DNA from: an uncultured Chthonomonas sp. | GTDB lineage: Bacteria > Armatimonadota > Fimbriimonadia > Fimbriimonadales > Fimbriimonadaceae | Direction: 5' to 3' | DNA: 47,744 bases | NCBI GenBank assembly: GCA_964422285.1 | Contig: CAYRAX010000001.1 | Coordinates: 1 to 47,744 of the forward strand | In this document: positions 42,596 to 47,744 of the stretch, piece after piece | How the letters are laid out: each line of letters begins with the position of its first letter | How positions within the stretch are numbered: position 1 is the stretch's first letter | Position numbers and translations under genes: made by a program | The notes under the pieces: generated by a model | The model's input: the letters and a program-made list of their open reading frames with translations, nothing else | The model's database searches: none | Told to the model about the DNA's origin: nothing

Positions 42596-43510
42596 TTGAT
42601 ACGCGCAGTCCTTGATGTCGGCTCAAATTCGGTGCTCACGCTGGTCGCCGAGAGCGCTGGCGGCGCATGGCGGACGGTTGCCGAAAGCTCCGCCGTAACC
42701 GGACTTGGGCGCGGATCAAAATCATCTGGGCTACTGGCCGAATCGTCCATGGTCGAAACCCTTCGTGCTCTGAAGGATGGCTTCGCCTTGGCTCGCGAAC
42801 ATGGCGCCCAGCAAATCATTGCGGCGGGAACGATGGCGCTTCGGATAACGCGCAATGCCAACGATTTTCTGGCGCGCGCGGCGGAGCAAGACACGCCGGT
42901 GAACGTCATTTCGGGCGATGAAGAAGCCCGGTTGGGTTTTCAAGCGGTGGCGGCTGATCCGACGTTTGCCGACGCACCGATTCTTTCGATCATCGACCCC
43001 GGCGGTCACAGCACCGAATTGGTAGTTGCCCAACGAGACGGTGACGCTTGGTCGGAAACGTTTCGCACCAGTTTCCCCATCGGCGCGCTCGCCCTGCGCG
43101 AGGGCCACTTGCACGATGAATCGCCGCAGCCAGGGGATATCGTGCGCGCCTCTTCCGAGATCGACGCGCTGCTGCCCAACAATTTTCAGCGGGGCGATTG
43201 CGGGCTAGCCGTCACCCTCGGCGCGACCGGCACAAATCTGGTTTCCATTCGTGAGCAACTCAGCACATGGCAGCCCGAGCGCGTGCACGGCCAAGTCCTT
43301 CAGTACGAAGAGATCAGCCGCGCCGTCGGGTGGATGTGTACGATGTCCGATCAAGTGCGTCGCGATTTGGTCGGCCTCGAACCCGGGCGCGAGCAGACCA
43401 TCCACATCGGTAGCCTGATCCTCGAACGATTCTTGTACGCGATGCGGTGCGACCAATGCGTGGTCAGCGTTCGAGGGTGGCGACACGCTCTGCTTGCCGA
43501 AATGGCTTAG
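42596..43510 (+). CDS. Ppx/GppA-family phosphatase (N-terminal actin-like fold only)
   Basis: AVLDVGSNSVLTLV, GTMALR and IIDPGGHSTEL motifs. TTG start. Confidence 0.8.
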   Translation: MIRAVLDVGSNSVLTLVAESAGGAWRTVAESSAVTGLGRGSKSSGLLAESSMVETLRALKDGFALAREHGAQQIIAAGTMALRITRNANDFLARAAEQDTPVNVISGDEEARLGFQAVAADPTFADAPILSIIDPGGHSTELVVAQRDGDAWSETFRTSFPIGALALREGHLHDESPQPGDIVRASSEIDALLPNNFQRGDCGLAVTLGATGTNLVSIREQLSTWQPERVHGQVLQYEEISRAVGWMCTMSDQVRRDLVGLEPGREQTIHIGSLILERFLYAMRCDQCVVSVRGWRHALLAEMA

Positions 43511-44109
43511 CGATAGGTGACCCAGCGGCTGAGCGGATGGCGAAACTGGCTGAACCCTTCTTCTGCTGGCTCTCCAACCGCCACCAAAGCAGGGAGCGTC
43601 ACGTCGTCGGCTAATCCCAAAAGCTCCTTCACTTTAGCGGGATCGAACCCCAGCATGGGCGAGCTGCCTAGTCCCGCTTCTTCAATCGCGAGCAAAAGGT
43701 AGCCCAAAAAGATATTGGATTCGGCAAATCCCCAATTCGCGAGCGCCTGTGCCTCCATCTTGTTCATCGTCGCCCGAATGCCGTCGGCGACCTCGGTCGC
43801 GCGATCCTGCATTCCAGGGTGAACGGTCTCTTCGACCGATTTCAAGGTATCTGTCATGTCGCTCGCGACGACAAACACTGCCGCGGCCGCACCAACTTGA
43901 GGCTGACCATACGCCGCCGCCATCAGTTGCTGCTTAAGTTCGGGCTCAGTGACCACGATCACGCGCCAAGGCTGAAGATTCCACGGTGACGGTGCGCGAC
44001 CAGCGGTATCGAGGATGGAATCGATCTGTTCGCGGCTGAGTGGATTGTCGGTGTACTTACGAATGGAAACGCGCTTACGCGCAGCGGATGTGACGGTTGT
44101 GTTGTTCAT
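43507..44109 (-). CDS. Nitroreductase-family protein
   Basis: RVSIRKYTDNPLSREQIDSILDTAGRAPSPWNLQPWRVIVV. Confidence 0.8.
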   Translation of the reverse strand: MNNTTVTSAARKRVSIRKYTDNPLSREQIDSILDTAGRAPSPWNLQPWRVIVVTEPELKQQLMAAAYGQPQVGAAAAVFVVASDMTDTLKSVEETVHPGMQDRATEVADGIRATMNKMEAQALANWGFAESNIFLGYLLLAIEEAGLGSSPMLGFDPAKVKELLGLADDVTLPALVAVGEPAEEGFSQFRHPLSRWVTYR

Positions 44110-44199
44110 GTTTGTTGATATTGTGTCCTACGACACGGTTTTCAATTTTGTTGCACACGCAAATAAATTTGTCGATTTCAAAAGCTGTAAAATGGCCGC

Positions 44200-45123
44200 A
44201 TGAGCTTGTTGCCGCGCGGCATCTATCCAGCATCGGTCACGCCATTTTTGGAATCGGGCGAGGTCGATTTTGCCTCCGTGGCTCGGCTGATGGCGTACTT
44301 CGAAGCGGCGGGCTGCTCGGGAGTCGTCGTCGGCGGAACCAATGGCGAAGGACCATCGCTTTCGGCGGTGGAGCGGCGCGATCTTTGCCGCGAAGCAGTG
44401 CACCTAGCAGGGCGACTTCTCGTGATTCAAGGCATCGCCACCGCGAGCCTTCCCGAGGCGATTTGGCTTTGCGAACAAGCGGGGAAGGCAGGCGCAAGTG
44501 CCGCGCTGGTCATGCCGCCGGGTTACTTCAGAACGGCTTCCGACGCGGCAATTTTGGCGTGGTTTCATGCGCTTCTCGATGCTGCGCCTATCCCCATCAT
44601 TTGCTACAATTTTCCCAAAATGACCGGCATCACATTGAGCCAAGCCATGATTGAACAGCTTGCTCAACACAATCGATTTGGCGGGGTCAAAGATAGCAGC
44701 GGAGATGTTGCCAACCTAACTGCCTACCGCTCGGCAACGCACCAGCAACATGCCCTGCTCGTCGGGAACGAGACGCTGCTTTTGCAGGCCCTCGAAGCCG
44801 GTTGGACCGGATCGATCAGCGGCGCGGCGAACGTAGTTCCCCAATGGCTCAGCCGCATTGTTTTGGAGTGGGACGATGCCGCGCAACGCGAATCCGCCCG
44901 GGCAAAGTTTGCCCTGATCCTTCCCATCCTCGAAGCCGTGCGCTCACAAGGCCAGCCAGCGATGAACAAGTGCGTTTTGCACGAATGGGGTTTGATCGCG
45001 CGCGCTACACCGAGGCTTCCGCTCACCGAACCACCCGAGCAAGACGCGCGCGAAATCCTATCGCAAATCGAAGCCACGTTGGGTTTGCGAACGGGTGAAC
45101 TGGGGTTGGTGAACAGGCATTAG
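44200..45123 (+). CDS. DapA/NAL-family class I aldolase (dihydrodipicolinate synthase family)
   Basis: GIYPASVTPF, GGTNGEG, YNFPKMTG and the VKDSSGD catalytic-Lys motif. Confidence 0.8.
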   Translation: MSLLPRGIYPASVTPFLESGEVDFASVARLMAYFEAAGCSGVVVGGTNGEGPSLSAVERRDLCREAVHLAGRLLVIQGIATASLPEAIWLCEQAGKAGASAALVMPPGYFRTASDAAILAWFHALLDAAPIPIICYNFPKMTGITLSQAMIEQLAQHNRFGGVKDSSGDVANLTAYRSATHQQHALLVGNETLLLQALEAGWTGSISGAANVVPQWLSRIVLEWDDAAQRESARAKFALILPILEAVRSQGQPAMNKCVLHEWGLIARATPRLPLTEPPEQDAREILSQIEATLGLRTGELGLVNRH

Positions 45124-45128
45124 GTGCC

Positions 45129-46247
45129 TCAAACCAGCGCGGCGACAACCTGGTTGCACAGGTGCCGGCCAGCCCTGGTGAGCGAAAGCCGATTACCGAT
45201 TAGTTCCGCCCAGCCGCGTTCAAGAACCAATTCAATCGCGGGCGTTGACATTTCGCACAGGTGAACATCAACACCCTCGGAAGTTCGCATGCCCAGCATG
45301 ATGCGCTCCAGTCGCAGCGCTTGATCGTCCACGACTTCCGATTCGCACCAGAGGTCGCTTCCTTGCTCGATGGCCGCACAATACCGCTCTGGGTGCTTCA
45401 TGTTGGTAAATCGTTGGCGTGAGCCGTCGGGCAGAGCAAAACACCCCACAGCGCCCGGACCATACGCGAGATATTCTTCCGCTCGCCAGTAGCAGAGGTT
45501 GTGCTGGCATTCGCGGCCCGGCTGGGCAAAGTTGCTGATCTCATATTGCACAAGACCTGCACTTTTGGCGGCGTCGATTGAGGCATCAAACATCGCAAGC
45601 TGGCGCTCTTCGTCGGGCAGATCAAGCATGCCGCGCTGCCACAACTTGAAGTAGCGCGTATTTTGTTCGATGGTAAGGCAGTACAGCGACAGATGCTCGA
45701 TTTTGAATCCAAGGGCGATCTGCAAATTGCGATTCCAAGCGGCAACGGATTGCCCGGCGAGCGCAAAAATGAGGTCCAAATTGACATTGTCGAACCCCGC
45801 CGCCCGCGCCGCCGTAACCGCCCGAGCAATGTGGCTGGCTTCGTGCACGCGGCCCAATCGAATGAGGTCTTCGCGGTGGAAACTTTGCGCGCCGAGGCTG
45901 ATGCGGTTGAATCCTGCCCGACGCATTGCCCCAAATTTCTGGGCATCAACGGTGCCAGGGTTCGCCTCGCTCGTGATTTCGCAGCCTTCGATGGGTGGGT
46001 GCGCGCCGGTCACCGCCTCCAGAATTCTCGCGAGCTGATCTTCTGCAAGAAATGTGGGGGTTCCGCCGCCGAAAAAGACCGTCTTCGCCGGTCGACCATG
46101 CCACGGTGATCGACCAATTTCTGAGCATATCGCGTTGACGGTTCGGTCCACGATTTCGCCCGACATGGCGTAACTATTAAAGTCGCAATAGCCGCATTTG
46201 CTCGGGCAAAAAGGCGTGTGAACGTAGACGGCGACCGGCGAATTCAC
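45129..46247 (-). CDS. hemW: Radical SAM heme chaperone HemW (oxygen-independent coproporphyrinogen oxidase-like)
   Basis: VYVHTPFCPSKCGYCDFNS cluster motif and FFGGGTP. GTG start. Confidence 0.85.
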   Translation of the reverse strand: MNSPVAVYVHTPFCPSKCGYCDFNSYAMSGEIVDRTVNAICSEIGRSPWHGRPAKTVFFGGGTPTFLAEDQLARILEAVTGAHPPIEGCEITSEANPGTVDAQKFGAMRRAGFNRISLGAQSFHREDLIRLGRVHEASHIARAVTAARAAGFDNVNLDLIFALAGQSVAAWNRNLQIALGFKIEHLSLYCLTIEQNTRYFKLWQRGMLDLPDEERQLAMFDASIDAAKSAGLVQYEISNFAQPGRECQHNLCYWRAEEYLAYGPGAVGCFALPDGSRQRFTNMKHPERYCAAIEQGSDLWCESEVVDDQALRLERIMLGMRTSEGVDVHLCEMSTPAIELVLERGWAELIGNRLSLTRAGRHLCNQVVAALV

Positions 46248-46259
46248 ACGGCCCCCAGA

Positions 46260-47744
46260 TCACCGGTGCATGCGCGTCGGTGCGCTAATGCCAAGCAAAT
46301 CGAAGGTCGCCCGCAGCGTGATGAGCGTGGCGCGGCAGAGTGCGAGCCTCGCGCGCGAAAGCTCTGGCTGGTCGGGCTGAACCACTCGGCATGCGTCGTA
46401 GAATGCGTGATAGGTTCGCGAAAGCTCGATGGCGTAGGTGACGATGCGGTGGACGCCGTAATCCAACGCAGACCGGCCCACTTCGTACGATAGATCCGAT
46501 ACCTTTTTCGCGAGCGTTGCCTCGCGCTCGTGGGTCAAAAGCGATAGATCGGCGCTCGCGATATCAGCGGCAGTAAAGCCCGCCTCCTCGGCCTTTGACA
46601 TCACGCTGCAAATTCGGGCGTGCGCATATTGAACGTAAAACACGGGGTTTTCGTCGCTCTGCTTGATCGCCAAATCGATGTCGAAATCCATGTGGGTGTC
46701 GTGCGAGCGCATCAAGTAGAAGAATCTCGCGACGTCCGCGCCGACACGCTGTTGTTCGGAAACCTTATCATCTGGCAGTGCCGCCTTGCCAATTTCGTCG
46801 ATCAAGTCGATGAGCGCGTAGATGTTTCCATCGCGCTTGCGCATCGGCGCTGGTTTTCCCTCTTTGACGAACCGCACAATTTGGAAGATGATGACTTCGA
46901 GCTGGTCTTCGCGGTACCCCAGAGCCTGGACCACCGATTTCAGGCGCTGGATATATCCGTGGTGATCTGGACCCAGGACGGTGATCAGTTTGGTCGCGTT
47001 GGGCGGTCGATTGAACTTGTCGTTGTGGTAGGCGACGTCGCTGGCGATATAGGTGAGGCGTCCATCGCGGCGGCGCAAAACGCGATCTTGGTCATCGCCA
47101 AAGCGCGAAGACCTGAGCCAAATTGTGGGTGTTCCTTCGGTTGCCGAATCATCGTCTTCGGATTGTTGTGGCTCGGAAACCAAAGCGGGCGGCTCACCCT
47201 TTTCGTGTACCCACTTGTTGCGCACGGGCTCGTCATCGGCAACTTTGAGATCGAGTAGCTTTTGCAGTGCCGATTCCACCATGCCCTTGTCGTGCAATGA
47301 TTGCTCGCTGAACCATGTATCGAATCGGACGCCGAAAGTGGCAAGGTCCTCGCGCTGCTTTTCGATCATCATTGCTTGCGAGTGATTGCGGAAAAAGTTG
47401 CCTGGTGCCTCGGCGCTGAATCCTGGAATGGGATATCCGCCGAACTTGTCCCAAATTCGGTCGGCAACTTCTTCGACGTAGTCGCCTTTGTATCCGTCTT
47501 CGGGGAATGCGGTGGGGAGGTCCGCTTTCGCGCGCCAAAAGTGCTCGACTGATGCCGCGAACAGGCGCATTTGCTCGCTATTCACGCCGTCGTTGATGTA
47601 ATATTCGCGCCAAACGGTGTGTTCCGCTGCCTCAAGCACGCGGCACAAGGTATCTCCGAAAGCTGCGCCGCGCCCCGAGCCAATCGTGATCGGGCCATTC
47701 GGGTTGACGCTCACGAATTCAACGTTGATGCTTTCGCGATGTTT
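46260..47744 (-). CDS. argS: Arginine--tRNA ligase (N-terminus outside window)
   Basis: The frame is open to the window edge (…INVEFVSVNPNGPITIG). It has a DALR-type anticodon-binding C-terminus ending …TRMHR. Confidence 0.9.
   Translation of the reverse strand, partial: KHRESINVEFVSVNPNGPITIGSGRGAAFGDTLCRVLEAAEHTVWREYYINDGVNSEQMRLFAASVEHFWRAKADLPTAFPEDGYKGDYVEEVADRIWDKFGGYPIPGFSAEAPGNFFRNHSQAMMIEKQREDLATFGVRFDTWFSEQSLHDKGMVESALQKLLDLKVADDEPVRNKWVHEKGEPPALVSEPQQSEDDDSATEGTPTIWLRSSRFGDDQDRVLRRRDGRLTYIASDVAYHNDKFNRPPNATKLITVLGPDHHGYIQRLKSVVQALGYREDQLEVIIFQIVRFVKEGKPAPMRKRDGNIYALIDLIDEIGKAALPDDKVSEQQRVGADVARFFYLMRSHDTHMDFDIDLAIKQSDENPVFYVQYAHARICSVMSKAEEAGFTAADIASADLSLLTHEREATLAKKVSDLSYEVGRSALDYGVHRIVTYAIELSRTYHAFYDACRVVQPDQPELSRARLALCRATLITLRATFDLLGISAPTRMHR

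Noticed and set aside
1-47744. Mobile element, prophage or integrative island borders around the accessory patches; tRNA or rRNA genes
   Set aside because: No integrase, transposase, phage structural gene set, tRNA-like cloverleaf or flanking long direct repeat was seen in any intergenic region over 100 nt. The beta-helix proteins alone are insufficient to call a prophage remnant.

Overview
This is a 47.7-kb stretch of a densely coding, moderately GC-rich bacterial chromosome. I saw no rRNA, tRNA, CRISPR array, transposase or integrase. Most genes are housekeeping: alaS (3' part), a DinB-fold protein, priA, maf, a tandem USP, the recA-recX-rny block, pcrA, tatC, a YprA/MrfA-like DEXH helicase, DAHP synthase, a PfkB-family kinase, a membrane-anchored HdrD-like Fe-S protein, acpS, dinB, a DUF554 protein, lipA, a UbiD-family decarboxylase, cyclophilin, two nitroreductases, Ppx/GppA, a DapA-family protein, hemW and argS (5' end outside the window). 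Two visibly AT-richer accessory patches (about 11.7-16.4 kb and 37.0-40.7 kb) are embedded among them, and the window holds four PEP-CTERM-tagged secreted proteins. The main result is a pair of diverged paralogous three-cistron modules on the minus strand, at 12861-16434 and 37055-40636. Each encodes an unknown roughly 300-aa protein A, a signal-peptide plus PEP-CTERM lectin-like protein B, and a right-handed beta-helix protein C that has no signal peptide. Each module starts with a near-consensus promoter, a strong Shine-Dalgarno and a short reading frame that runs into a poly-G tract (10 G and 9 G). These are the only homopolymers of 9 nt or more that I found in the window. In both copies the tract region separates the SD-bearing start from the long A ORF. 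In copy 2 one extra G restores a single 343-codon gene. In copy 1 the frame is continuous but carries a TAA four codons after the tract. I read this as a candidate slipped-strand (phase-variable) switch on an undescribed surface module, with homopolymer sequencing error as the main alternative. Lesser observations are REP-like inverted palindromic elements, a 23-bp direct repeat, an RGG-rich tail on a secreted protein next to tatC, and several hairpins and palindromes at 5' ends. All calls come from reading the translations and sequence; no database search was possible. The lineage cannot be assigned from the sequence alone.
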